The notes below the pieces were generated by a model. The model saw only the letters and a list, made by a program, of their open reading frames with translations, did not search any database and was not told the origin of the DNA. Shown piece after piece: positions 1 through 12,270 of a stretch of 64,000 bases of DNA. Both the position numbers and the translations under genes were made by a program. Position 1 is the first letter of the stretch. Every line of letters begins with the position of its first letter. The DNA is from Eledone cirrhosa (taxonomy: Eukaryota). Location: assembly GCA_964016885.1 (NCBI GenBank), contig OZ024740.1, positions 415,090,001 to 415,154,000 on the forward strand, written 5' to 3'.

Positions 1-186
1 ACTGCTTCCTAATCAACACTCGATGATCACTTGAGTTTGGTCTGACATTATTATCTTCGTCCGAGACATCAGTCACAGTTAGGTTTTCTGTGAACAAATC
101 CCTATCACTCATTGGACCGACAGATATGGTCCTCGTAAGTTTCTTACGAGCTATGTATACAGTAGTCATTGTGCTGCACTGCCAAC
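1..186 (-). CDS. candidate coding exon of an unidentified host gene, continuing beyond the left edge
   Basis: Minus strand: branch-point GACTAAC (217-211), pyrimidine tract and TTTCAG|G acceptor at 187/186. Frame WQCSTMTTVYIARKKLTRTISVGPMSDRDLFTENLTVTDVSDEDNNVRPNSSDHRVLIRKQ is open to the edge (ATG at 169). Non-repetitive sequence; product not recognised. Confidence 0.55.
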
Positions 187-347
187 CTGAAAGTAGTGAA
201 ATAAACAAATGTTAGTCATTTTGCCGAGTTACACAATTTCTTTCTTCCTTCACCCCTCTCCCTCTCTCTCGCTCTCTCTCTCTCTCTCGCTCTCTCTCAT
301 ACACACATACACACGCTATCTATCTACCACACTCTTTCCACTCACTC

Positions 348-395
<48 letters not shown>

Positions 396-399
<4 letters not shown>

Positions 400-490
400 A
401 CGACACTCGTACACAGAACAGTGTCGTCATTGAAATATATATCACAGCATTATTATTAAAGGACTTGAACATCTAAACTACCTCGCTTTT
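396..490 (+). mobile_element. truncated terminus of the HHR-bearing PLE-like family seen at 4899-6903 (3' half of hammerhead only)
   Basis: cgacactc...gtgtcgtcattGAAAtatataTCacagcattattattaaaggacttgaacatc matches 6505-6575 and 6785-6810; flanked by (TA)n. Confidence 0.75.
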
Positions 491-606
491 ATATATATAT
501 AATGAAGGAATTGTGGTAAGGAACCAGATGGACCATAACGCACCAGAGTACTCAGTCCAGAAATAGCCGTCAAAACGGCTTGAGCTCTGCCGTCGGAGTC
601 ATACAT

Positions 607-663
<57 letters not shown>

Positions 664-665
<2 letters not shown>

Positions 666-1592
666 ATACATTAACAGAGAAAGCCTTAAGCTATACTCTG
701 ACTGGCTTCCATCTCACTCAACAAACATTAGGATATACCTTAGTATAATCCCAATTTTACGTTTGGGGTGCTAACTATATGTATTTTGCGGAAGGCCAGT
801 AGTATTATTTTATATGAGACATAATTAAAATATATCTCCTTTTCCAAACAATTGTTTCATTACAAGTTTTCTACAAGTTGGGAGAATGTGTCCGGGTTAT
901 GTAGAAGCCTTCACAACATTCCGTAGGAATATATGCAGGTGGCACTTATAAATCATCAGTGGATGCCCGTCAAACATCGATATAAAAAAAACTTCTCTTA
1001 CCGATGTTTTAATCCCATGTCAGTGATTGTCTCTTTCCGTATCAGAATGACCGCCAAATTTGAAATTCCAGCAGTCTCAGAATGAGGAGTCTCACACTGT
1101 CTTCAAGCGGAAAGGGGAGGTAATCGCGAAACACAAGGATTTAAAATAATATACACATGGGTCAATTAATTTTTTCAACAATTTTAACCTTGCGTGTGAA
1201 GAACTCAATTAGACTTTAAAAAAAATAAATATATGCATGTATTATTTATACACGCATACAGGTATTTTCTTAGGCTAAAAACAGAGATATGATACCAGAA
1301 TAACAATCAATATTACATAGTAATAATAAATACGGAAAGTTACGCTTAAAAGGTATCTGGAAGTATTTATCTCAGACCAAATCAATACATTAACAGAGAA
1401 AGCCTTAAGCTATACTCTGACTGGCTTCCATCTCACTCAACAAACATTAAGATATACCTTAGTATAATCCCAATTTTACGTTTGGGGTGCTAACTATATG
1501 TATTTTGCGGAAGGCCAGTAGTATTATTTTATATGAGACATAATTAAAATATATCTCCTTTTCCAAACAATTGTTTCATTATAAGTTTTCTA
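664..1592 (-). mobile_element. non-coding PLE-like/retrozyme-like element, partial tandem (period ~719 nt)
   Basis: ~210-bp direct repeat 664-873 / 1383-1592 that overlaps the 3' part of a hammerhead; bounded by (TA)n/(CA)n; no convincing coding ORF. Confidence 0.7.
843..963 (-). ncRNA. type I hammerhead ribozyme motif
   Basis: Reverse complement: tcca CTGATGA tttataag...cttgtaat GAAA caattg TT tgga. Stem I tcca/tgga, long stem II, palindromic stem/loop III. Confidence 0.75.
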
Positions 1593-2344
1593 ATATATAT
1601 ATTACTTGTGTTTGTTTAATAACTCTGGTCGAGAGCTTCTTATTCGGTATGTTGAACAGAATCAATTCCTTTGTTCACACTTTGAATTTGCCCGCCAAAA
1701 ACCCGGATGTGTTATCTCCTCTGCTGGAGAATGAGCACGTGACAGTGACACAGTGTCTGCTACTATTAGTAATTTACTGCTACGCTTCACACCGGTCATA
1801 GGCACAGAAACAGAAACCTGTTGATAACGTGAGTCCGCGTTTCAGTCTACAAACTTGCATATTGCGCAAGTCGGATTGTTGATTTTGGATTCATAAAAAC
1901 CAATTGAGGATATTGTATAATACCCCTCGATACGGTCCAGGTTTGTTATTTAACCTGATTGTATTTTCGCGGATATTGGCTGACTGCCACAGCTTCGATT
2001 TTACTAATCTTCCACTCATATATATATATATAATATAGAAATGGCTTCTACAAGACTAGAACTGTTTCATTCGAAGGAAATCATCAAGAAAGCCGACTGT
2101 CAATGTGATATGGTGGTATTTATACATTTTATGGTGGTAGGCGAAGGTGGTAATTGGGATAGGTGGAGGTCATTGGCTGATGGATTTAAAGAATGGGGGT
2201 TCTTTGGAAAAACTATATTTAAAGAAAAATATAAAGAAAAATGGAAAAAATGAAACGAAATTTCATTTCTCACTCTTAATACGGCTGTTACTTAAATATA
2301 AGTATGTATACGTACATACATATATGTATACAGACGTACAGTAG

Positions 2345-2380
<36 letters not shown>

Positions 2381-2431
2381 CATGCACACATAAATATGTA
2401 TGGATTTACCGAACATTTATTATAATGCTCG

Positions 2432-2578
2432 GTGTGTTTGTAAACAAACATCCCGAATTAAGCCGTACAGTGTTTAGCTAATAAGCTTGAAACTAGTACA
2501 TCGTTCCTTTGTCAGTGTTGAACAAAAGAGCAACAATGGTTGCTAAACACTGTACGGCTTAATTCGGGATGTTTGTTT
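2432..2578. repeat. inverted repeat (37-bp arms) with an orphan hammerhead 3' half (GAAActagTA) in the spacer
   Basis: aaacaaacatcccgaattaagccgtacagtgtttagc and its reverse complement at ~2542-2578. Confidence 0.7.
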
Positions 2579-2605
2579 TGACTGCATACCCATATAAGGA
2601 CTGTA

Positions 2606-2699
2606 CCCGTTGATAAGTTCAGCTAGATTCCCACCGTTCTAATACTGCAGGTTTAGTTCGGATCTAGCTGTCGAAACGACCGGAGTTCAGCCGTCGGGG
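2606..2699 (+). ncRNA. decayed hammerhead ribozyme (family also at ~560-600 and 24105-24215)
   Basis: cccg TTGATAA g..cagctagat/atctagctg tc GAAA cgacc...gccg TC gggg. Core has two substitutions relative to CTGATGA. Confidence 0.5.
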
Positions 2700-2726
2700 T
2701 CCTGACTCTTTTCCTATATATATATA

Positions 2727-3310
2727 CTAGCAGTTTAGCCCGCCGCTGCTCGGGTTTGTTCATTTGCTATGAAAAGTTACATACAGGTAAACGTAGCTTG
2801 AAAGCGAATAAGGTTATCAATTAAGTGCATAAAGTAGTTGAACCGGTTATTAAAAGTTACGAACCAATTAGCATTTTGGACAATCAATGATGGATTAATA
2901 ATCTTCCAATAGCGAATTTAGCAGACTAAAGTTGCAAGATGGTGGCACTGATGCCGCTGGGTGTCAGATCTGTCCGCCATGGGTGACCCTACCAGGAAAT
3001 AGTTTTCCAGGCGGCATAGCTCCAACACCTCCAACACCTGCACCAACTTCTTTAGCACCTCTTTGTAGACGATATTTCGTGTCATCCCTTGAGGAGTGTA
3101 AGCAAAAAGTCCATTCCTGCTCCCTACGCGGGAACAGGTTACATAAAGTTGGCCATGGGAGAAGCATGGCTCCCCCAAATAGATGCCCGCCACCGACAAT
3201 GTTTGTCCTTGGGACTTGTTAATAGACATGGAAAAACATGGTCTCACCAGGAATTGGGATCGCTGGAAATCGAACGGGATATCTGACACCGAGGGGGAAA
3301 GGGTCATCCT
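2727..3310 (-). mobile_element. Helitron fragment: Pif1-type helicase C-terminus plus canonical 3' end
   Basis: ORF 2918-3307: QFLVRPCFSMSINKSQGQTL...CFSHGQLYVTCSRV (helicase motifs V/VI). Minus 3' end cccgagcagcggcggg hairpin then CTAG|T at 2730-2727. May extend to ~4045. Confidence 0.9.
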
Positions 3311-4055
3311 TGGCAGTGTATTCGGCAGAATCGCCAGAAGTACAACACTATGGGTGTTGTCATATTAGTATTTAACCAATTAAAGTCGTAAAAAATAAAT
3401 AATTTAAACATTCCGATTCATATTTCTATAGCATTAATCTGTTATATGAAGTGTTATTTAGACTAGAACTCAACACCCAATTTATAACTTGATAGAGCTT
3501 CTAGCCCCATATTTACACACACACCCCACACACACGCGCACACACACACACACGCACGCACACACACACACACACACGCTTACACCTCCACTTATTCTCT
3601 CTCACACACACACATACACACACAAAGAACAGTTCTAACACGAGATAACATCTATCCCCCACATTTACGTATAGACATATCTTCTCACTCTCACACACAC
3701 ACATTCACATACTTACACCTTCATACATTCTCCCACACACTTAAACAGGCATGTACAAAAAAAAAAAAAACCCTTTTAAAGGGAGACTACTCTTAATCCA
3801 CCTAACCTTAACTCTTTGACATTAGAGATAAAACAGATACTCAATACCATTTCCTGTCAGCATGACTTGGCAAGCTATTTAGAACACTGGTTTAACCGCT
3901 TTATTTCCCTCCGAAGAAGAGATATTATCTTGAAAATTAAGGACATTTAAATAAATCTAAGGTAAAAGACTAATTGTCAACAATATCTTTTGCATTTGCA
4001 TTCTTTATTCTATGTCCATACCTGCATTGTTTTGGCTTTATATACATATACAAAC

Positions 4056-4285
<230 letters not shown>

Positions 4286-4365
4286 GTCTAATGGTAGCTA
4301 AGATGCTTCCATGAGCGGTATGCCGGTTGAACACTCTATGCTCCTACGGAGCAGAGTATTATAGT

Positions 4366-4655
4366 ATGGAAAACGAAAAATTAGTGATGCATCAGAACTC
4401 AATTTATTGTGCGTTACAATTGTTTCCCCGGCGAACAGCTCGAGGTGCGATCCATGTGTGGATCTACCTGACTCTGGACTCGCGGGTTCCTCAGACACGT
4501 CTATTGATTTCGGAATCAATAGACGTGTCCGAGGAACCTGCGAGACTAGAGTCAGGTTTATCCACACACAGATCGCATCTCGAGCTATTCGCCGGAGAAA
4601 CAATTGTAACACACAATAAATTGAGTTCCGATGCATCACTGATTTTTCGTTTTCC

Positions 4656-4657
<2 letters not shown>
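4366..4657. mobile_element. fold-back PLE-like terminus with a hammerhead in each arm
   Basis: ~145-bp arms centred on 4511/4512. Minus 4411-4498: gtgt CTGAGGA acccg...cggg GAAA caattg TA acgc (intact). Plus 4525-4612 has CCGAGGA (U4 mutated). Confidence 0.8.
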
Positions 4658-4706
<49 letters not shown>

Positions 4707-4949
4707 GTAGAGCACTCAGTCCAAGGGACGAGTTGAAGATCCACTAAGGTGAAACAATTGTTCTCGGTATGGTGAACTAAATGTTATGTAACCACTTCTA
4801 TATATATATATACACGTATACACACACACACATATATATATACGCACATGTATACAAATACACACGCGCACACAAATACATACATATATATATATATAGA
4901 ATAAGGAAAAGCGAATTAGTTTCAGATGTTCAAGTCCTTTATTAATAAT

Positions 4950-5023
4950 GCTGTGATATATATTTCAGTGACGACACTGGCCACATTGTTCTGTGTGCGA
5001 GTGTCGTGTCATCATCAGACAGC
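4950..5023 (-). ncRNA. type I hammerhead ribozyme motif
   Basis: Reverse complement: gctgt CTGATGA tgacacgacact...agtgtcgtcact GAAA tatata TC acagc. Confidence 0.85.
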
Positions 5024-6485
5024 TTGTTACATAATAAGGTTATGTTTCCGAGGCAATCCAACTTGGATCGACAAGGGAACGGATGAATTGCGTGTTTTGG
5101 GGTTTTTCATCCGCTCCCTTGTGAGTACCAATTCACCCCCACCGGCCTGCGCAAGCGTATGTCCGAAGGAAGTTGACCATTCGCCACCGCAGATTTCAAC
5201 GAAATTTGCTTAGTCAGTTCACCCTGTCATCCAAAACAATGGCCCACCAATGCCTGTACCATATTTTACTGCTACCCATCACGGCTGTGGCAGTCAGCCG
5301 AGAGCCAGAGGGGATGGGAGAGTGTTAGTTTTTTACCCCTCACTAAGCGTTGACGGTACGACTGACCATCACCTTATAAGGGAAAATAAACTTATTCTAG
5401 GTATCATGGTTTTACGTTGGAAGTTAAGAGTGAGAGTTGGAAATAAAAATTAAAATCCTAAATCAAATATCAGAAATTATAAATTAAACAATTAAGAAAT
5501 TAACAATTAGAAATTAAAGAATTAAAAAAATTCTTTTCAGGTGATAATTCGGATTGAGGTGAGTAAAAATATAGACTGAAGTGAGTAAATAATATGGAGA
5601 GAGATGTTTAATTAATATGTTCTGAGAGGGATTCTAGTGTCACAGTTACTATATCCACATATTGAACGACAGTGCCGTACATTATAACTACAGGGCTCCA
5701 AGCATTAGTGAATCTGGTACACAGTTTTAATTTCCATCACATGGAACAAAATCAAAGAAAAACAGACATAAAGTACACAAAAGAAAAGAACAGAACCAAT
5801 AGTGAATAAGTGCAAAAACACAGAGTACATATATGCAAAATGATCCATATGATTGTCCATCTGTTCAAATGCGATTTGGTGCAGGAAAATAGGGGTTTAT
5901 CCTATTATTTGTTTCCGCGTATTTATCCTGCCGAAAGTTACTAGTATGTCCGTCCAGTGTAAGGGGTTTCCATCCTCATAGTAGAGGGTATTTCCGGGGT
6001 AGCTTATGGTTGGTTCCTCTCTTCTCCACCATATCGGTTACATCGTAAAGCGCTCAACTAATTGGAGCTAAATTATTAGGGTAAACGTTGATGCAATTCA
6101 ATTCAAGCACTCAACGTACTTTTTCCACATAGGAGTGACGGAGTAAATATCGAATAAGGAAAAGCGAAGTAGTTTCAGATGTTCAAGTCCTTTAATAATA
6201 ATGCTGTGATATATATTTCAGTGACGACACGGGGTAGCAGTAAAATATGGTACAGGCATTGGTGGGCCATTGTTTTGGATGACAGGGTGAACTGACTAAG
6301 CAAATTTCGTTGAAGTCTGCGGTGGCGAATGGTCAACTTCCTTCGGACATGCGCTTGCGCAGGCCGGTGGGGGTGAATTGGTACGCACAAGGGAGCGGAT
6401 GAAAAACCCCAAAACACACAATTCATCCGTTCCCTTGTCGATCCAAGTTGGATTGCCTCGGAAACATAACCTTATTATGTAACAA

Positions 6486-6559
6486 GCTGTCTGATGATGA
6501 CATGACACTCGCACACAGAACAGTGTGGCCAGTGTCGTCACTGAAATATATATCACAGC
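6486..6559 (+). ncRNA. type I hammerhead ribozyme motif
   Basis: gctgt CTGATGA tgacatgacact...agtgtcgtcact GAAA tatata TC acagc; 5-bp stem I, AUC cleavage triplet. Confidence 0.85.
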
Positions 6560-6587
6560 ATTATTATTAAAGGACATTATTATTAAA

Positions 6588-6778
6588 GGGCAGAGGATTG
6601 GCAGTACCAGTAGAGGGTCGGACGCCATGCTTTGACGCATAGAGTTACGGTCCTTGCCATTCTGAGTTCAAATCCCGCCGAGGTTAACTTTGCCTTTCAT
6701 CCTTTCGGGGTCGATAAAATAAAGTATCAGTAATACACTGGGTTAATTGCTGGCCTTGTGCCAAAAGTAGAAACAATT
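6588..6778 (+). mobile_element. tRNA-derived SINE family A (octopus OK-like)
   Basis: B-box GAGTTCAAATCC, core ttgcctttcatcctttcggggtcgataaaataaagt, tail gtgccaaaagtagaaacaatt; flanked by attattattaaagg direct repeats. Confidence 0.85.
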
Positions 6779-6901
6779 ATTATTAAAGGACTTGAACATC
6801 TGAAACTACTTCGCTTTTCCTTATTCGATATTTACTCCGTCACTCCTATGTGGAAAAAGTACGTTGAGTGCTTGAATTGAATTGCATCAATATTTACCCT
6901 A

Positions 6902-6971
<70 letters not shown>

Positions 6972-6974
<3 letters not shown>

Positions 6975-7910
6975 TAGAAGGGATATTTAATTTGTTGGAA
7001 ATCCGACAAATATAAATGTTTATAACTGATTCAGAGCACTCGACAGTTTTTCTGGAGTAAATATTCAATGATATTAAATAAATGGAAACTATATTTATAA
7101 AACCATATTTATTTTATTATATATATTTCAAGAGCACCAAAACACTTTGGTATGCTTTCTTCAGATAAAATACAAAGTTTGTTTTATAAATAGAGACATA
7201 CCCAGGAAAATCATACCTTATCAGTTTGATATTCCCTGGATAGTGGAAATGTATAATGGATTTTTCAAACTTATGGGTGAATATGCAAATGAATATGTAA
7301 ATAATTGAAAAACAACCGTTAATTTAAACGACTATGGAGAGTTTAGATATATAATATATAATAGTAATAGCGAGTAGAAGGAAAATACTAGTAAGAGAGA
7401 GAGAAGAGAAGAAGGAAAAAATAGTAAGAGAGAGAGAGAAGAAGGAAAAAAGCAAAGATAAATGAAAAGCTCATATAACGTTATAAAGTTAAATTGTTTA
7501 TTATTATTACAATTAATAGTAGGTTGATTTGCCTTATTATTGTTATCAATGTATTTAATTTTATTTGTATACCCTGCTCTATTTAAAGCTTCATTATAAT
7601 ATTTAGTCTTAACAAAATGTTTTTTATTAACGGAGATGCGTGAAATCCGTTGTTCGACACTATTGACAATAGTGTTCTTAATAGATCTAGGATGATTAGA
7701 GTTAAAACTTACATAATTTAGATTCTCATTAATTTTATGGAATGGATAGTAGAGCCCTGTGCTAAGGTTTAATGTTACGTCTAAAAAGTTAACGATTTTA
7801 TAGTTATTCTCTATTTCTAACTTAAGGTTGTAGTTATTGAAGAATTGTATTATGGATTTTCTTTTCCTATTAATTTCACAATTGCTATGATTTTCAATTA
7901 AAAGCAGCAT
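6972..7910 (-). mobile_element. Penelope-like element fragment: RT C-terminal/thumb region plus HHR-bearing terminus
   Basis: VNFLDVTLNLSTGLYYPFHK..NYVSFNSNHPRSIK..RISRIS..YNEALNRAGY is a PLE RT signature. Terminus repeated at 16270-16510 and 17375-17615. Confidence 0.85.
7111..7171 (-). ncRNA. type I hammerhead ribozyme motif downstream of PLE RT
   Basis: Reverse complement: attttat CTGAAGA aagcataccaaa..tttggtgctctt GAAA tatata TA ataaaat (7-bp stem I). Confidence 0.85.
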
Positions 7911-8177
7911 ATGATAAGCATACGAATTTATTTAATTCTTGTAGACATCGCCAGAATTTAACATTCAGAACTATATATGGTTAAGCCGTTTGGCGAAAAG
8001 TTTGTTACATACATACGGTCGTCAGCTTTATTAATATAGATATATTATTTACCATTTGCATGTAGACAGGTCTCTCTGGAAATAGGGTTGGGGACGTTGA
8101 GGGTATTATGTGGCCGTGAGAGGAAGTGGGGCGGTGGCCCCAAAAGTTTGAGAACCTCTGATTTAAAGTGATGACTT

Positions 8178-8285
8178 ATCCCGCGGAGGTTAACTTTGCT
8201 TTTCATCCTTACGGGGTCGATAAAATAAAATACCAGTAATGCACTGGGATAATTGCTGGCCTTGTGCCAAAAAGTAGAAACAATT
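8178..8285 (+). mobile_element. SINE family A, 5'-truncated
   Basis: Core and tail match the 6588 copy. Confidence 0.8.
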
Positions 8286-9199
8286 ATATAGTTATGTACC
8301 TCTATAGTTCAAATCTCACTGAGTTTCACTTTATGTTTTATCTTTTGATATCAGTAAACAAATAGAGAAAAGTTCGTTATTATAGACATTGCGTTTTGGT
8401 GAATTGATAGTAGCTGAATATTGGAGACATTAATGAAATATAATAGGGCAGGATCGTTAAAAGATATATGCAGCTGTTTTAAACATATTATTACCAAGTA
8501 ATATAGTTCTATTAGTTTTGTTTAATTTAATACTTGGGTAAGTAATGCGGATATCCTAAAGAAACAATCGTGAACATATAAATCAAAATAGTTGACGGAG
8601 CTAGTTTAAAAGGATTTCCTATTTAATTTATTATAGTTTTCTTCCTAAACTGAGTTTTTTAAGGAGAGTGAAATAGTTTTATTGGCATTTATTAATAGTT
8701 TATTTGACAATAAAGATATCATTGATAGGTTAATAATGGTCAGCATCCGCATGAAACAGACGATATGTATATTGTGCCAAGGGATGAAGTAAAGTCTAGG
8801 ATTTCTCGTAAAGCCCTTTATGGGAGAAAATAGCTGTATACCGGTTGATTATTAATTCATAACAAGTAGAGATACTGCAGAATTTGTGGCCTTTTTAGTT
8901 ATTTGTTTATAAATTACTGGCAAATAGATTACTGATATGAAATTTAATGAGAAATGGAATCCATTAGAAATAGCAGTGGGTCTAAGGTATATCCTTGTTG
9001 AATGCCGTACTATTTCTTTATGATGAGATTCAATACGATGTATGGACACGTATTATTGTATTATTCTGTATGGGTTGAGACACTGTGTGTGTAAATTAAC
9101 CAACCCACCAATATCATATTACTCAACTTTCACAATAACAATTCGAGGGTTTACATCCTTCTCTGAATCAATACAACACAATACAAATGCACGCAAAAA

Positions 9200-9566
9200 C
9201 GTACACACACACATAAATACGTACATACACTCACACATACATATGTACATACATACATACGTACATACATACATACATACATTCATTCATACATACACAC
9301 ACACACACACATTCATAAATACATACATACATACGTACGTACATTCATACATACACACACAAACATATATATACATACACACACTAACACATACATACAT
9401 ACATTCATACATGCACACACTAACACATACATACGTACATACATACATACGTACATACATTCATACATACATACACACATACATAAATACATACATGCAT
9501 ACATACATACATGCATGCATACACACATACATACATGCATGCATGAATGCATACATACATACATAT

Positions 9567-9599
<33 letters not shown>

Positions 9600-9740
9600 T
9601 ACACACACATACATGCATACATACATACATACACACGCACATACATACATACATACATACATACATACATACATACATACATACATACATACATACATAC
9701 ATGATGGCTGCCCCCTCGTTATCGAGTATGGCCATTGCAC
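9200..9740 (-). repeat. degenerate (TACA)n array ending at a ~40-bp RTE 3' end
   Basis: catgatggctgccccctcgttatcgagtatggcca resembles the RTE end at 12271. Confidence 0.8.
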
Positions 9741-9792
9741 GAGGAGAAAAAAAAATTAATATATAAATAAAAAAAAAAATAAAAAATAAAAA

Positions 9793-9838
<46 letters not shown>

Positions 9839-9909
9839 AAGTTAAATAAAAGTCAAATGATTAAAATTTAGCTTCGTTTATTACTGCTATATATATTTCA
9901 GTGACAGCC

Positions 9910-12208
9910 ATCCTGGCAAGGTGACCACTCCAACGGAGTCGTTACTCCGTTGGAGTGGTCACCTTGCCAGGATGAAGGATTCTAGAATACCAAAACAACT
10001 CTTTTATGGAGAGTTGGTTAAAGGAAAACGACCGCCACATAAACCAAAAAAGAGGTATAAGGATTCCTTGAAAGCCTCTCTGAAAGACGCTAACATCTCT
10101 GCTGATACATGGGAGAATATTGCTGCTGATCGTAATAAATGGAGAAAGACTGTATATGAGGGAAAAGTTGCTTTTGAGGCATCTCGAATCGCATACGAGA
10201 AAGTAAAGCGGGATGTGAGGAAGGGCATTGCTGTTGCACTTCCAGACGGCGAGGGTCCTCCTATGGTGCTGACATGCAGCGTCTGTGCGAGACTCTGCCT
10301 AAGCAAAGCTGGATTCGAAAGTCATCTTCGCAGTCATAAAGTAAGACCAGTGGTTGACTAAGCACAAGAGCTTCTATACTGTCACACATAGAGCTTTCCA
10401 AAATCTCGACATCACTGATGTGGTCCCTCCAGTGAACGCCATGGATCCGTCTGAGACACATCTGATGGAAACGCTCCAATTGCTTAAGGTGGTGTCGATA
10501 TGTCAGCCAGGTCTCGCAGGCATAAAGAAGACAAGAGAGCACACATACCCTGTACACCTTTACCTTTGTCCTCCTGCATATGTCTCGCCGACCCCAGAGT
10601 CGCCTTTCTAGCTTTCCGAAAGCATCACTTGCTTTCCTAATCCTAAGTGAGATTTCACTGTCAAGGTTGCCGTATCGATTGACAGTGCTTCCCAGGTAGA
10701 CAAACTGATCAACCACTCCAAGTCGTTTGCCATACACATAGATGTTTGGTTCAGTGTACTGCTTACCAGGGGAAGGTTGGTACATGACAACGGTTTTCTT
10801 GAGACTGACAGTCAATCCTAGGGCAGTGAAAGCGTCAGAAAATGCATTTAAAATGTGCTGCATATCACTCTCTGTGTGCGCTACAAGATCGCAATCATCT
10901 GCATACAAGAGGTCTCTTATGATTGATGTAAATACTTTTGTCTTCGCAGCAAAGCGCCTGATGTTAAATATGCTGCCTGAGGTTCGATATCGGATGTAAA
11001 CACCATGCTCGCAATTCCTGAATGCAATACAGAAAACCATTGCAAAGTATATGGCAAACAGGGCCGGTGCTGGAATATCCCCCTGTTTCACTCCATTTTT
11101 TACTGAGATAGGCTCCGACATGTTACCTCCGACATTAACCCAAGCCTTCATGTCGTCATGGAAAAACCTAACTAAAACAAGGAACTTATCAGGGCAACCA
11201 AGTTTCTGGAGAACCTTCCATAATGCATTTCTGTTAACAGTATCGAAAGCTTTTGTCAGATCGACAAAAACCTGATACAGATCCAAGCCTTTTCCATGCA
11301 CTTCTCCTGGAGCTGTCTAGCTGAGAAGATCATATCAGTAGTGCCGCGTCCAGCACGAAAACCAGATTGACTTTCAGGAAGAACACAATCTGCAATGTGT
11401 GTCAGCAGACGGTCCTGAAGCACCCTACATAAAACTTTCCCTACAACAGAAAGCAATGATATACCCCTGTAGTTCCCACAATCATTCCTGTTACCCTTTC
11501 CCTTGTACAAGACCACCATTACTGTATCTCTCCAGTCCTCAGGTACGGATTCATTAGCCCATATCCTGCCAAACAAAGAGTGAAGATGTTGCAGGAGTCT
11601 CTCACCACCATATTGTAGGAGCTCAGCATGTATGCCATCCATACCTGGAGATCTTCCACTGTTCAGCTTCGAAATAGCCACTGCAACCTCCACAAGCGTC
11701 GGAGGTTCTGCGAGAGCTACTTTCACAGGACTTTCTGGAATGAGATTGAGGAAATCTTCCCTGACGACAGACGGCTGATTCAAAAGATCATCAAAGTGCT
11801 CTCGCCACCTTCGTAGAATTCCTTGTGAGTCACGAAGAAGTTCTTTGCCATCCTTGCTGCGAAGCGGTGTCACCAGAGAAGAAGACGGTCCATAAACCTC
11901 ACGCAATAGACTGTACAACAGCTTTGTGTTATTGGAATCTGACGCAGTTTGTATCTCACCAGCCTTCTCACTCCACCACTGATCCTTCATCTGAAAAAGA
12001 CTCCGCCTCACACGTGATTTTACATCCCTGAGTTCCTCATGCAACGTATTCCTCTCCTGTGGTTTTGCCGTCAAGTAACGTGACAGAGCACGCCTCTTAT
12101 CAGCCAACAAGTCTTCTATATGTACATCATTCTCATTAAACCAGTCCTGATGTTTTCTCTGCACCAATCCCAGAACACGCCTGCCTACATCATAAACCGA
12201 CTTTTTAA
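9910..12208 (-). mobile_element. 5'-truncated RTE-clade LINE (RT) with an inverted 3' segment (9940-10355 on +)
   Basis: SPGMDGI, NYRGISLLS, SQSGFRAGR, FVDLTKAFD, GVKQG, LYADD, YACETW on minus (frameshift ~11290). LRWSGHLARM..RIPKQLFYGEL and a C2H2 finger on plus. Confidence 0.93.
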
Positions 12209-12270
12209 CACATACATACATACATACATACATACATACATACATACATACATACATACATACATACATA

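Larger units (their letters stand above)
4899..6903. mobile_element. non-coding PLE-like/retrozyme-like element: partial tandem (period ~1253 nt) plus inverted terminal copy, interrupted by a SINE
   Basis: gaataaggaaaagcg...gtgacgacac at 4899 and 6152. Segments 6231-6575 and 6780-6903 are the reverse complement of 4899-5278 and 6077-6200. TA tracts on both sides. Confidence 0.8.

Noticed and set aside
2918-3307. Host PIF1 helicase gene
   Set aside because: Intronless fragment followed by a Helitron hairpin-CTAG end.
8067-8160. hAT-type MITE
   Set aside because: Only the right end resembles a TIR and no 8-bp TSD is visible.
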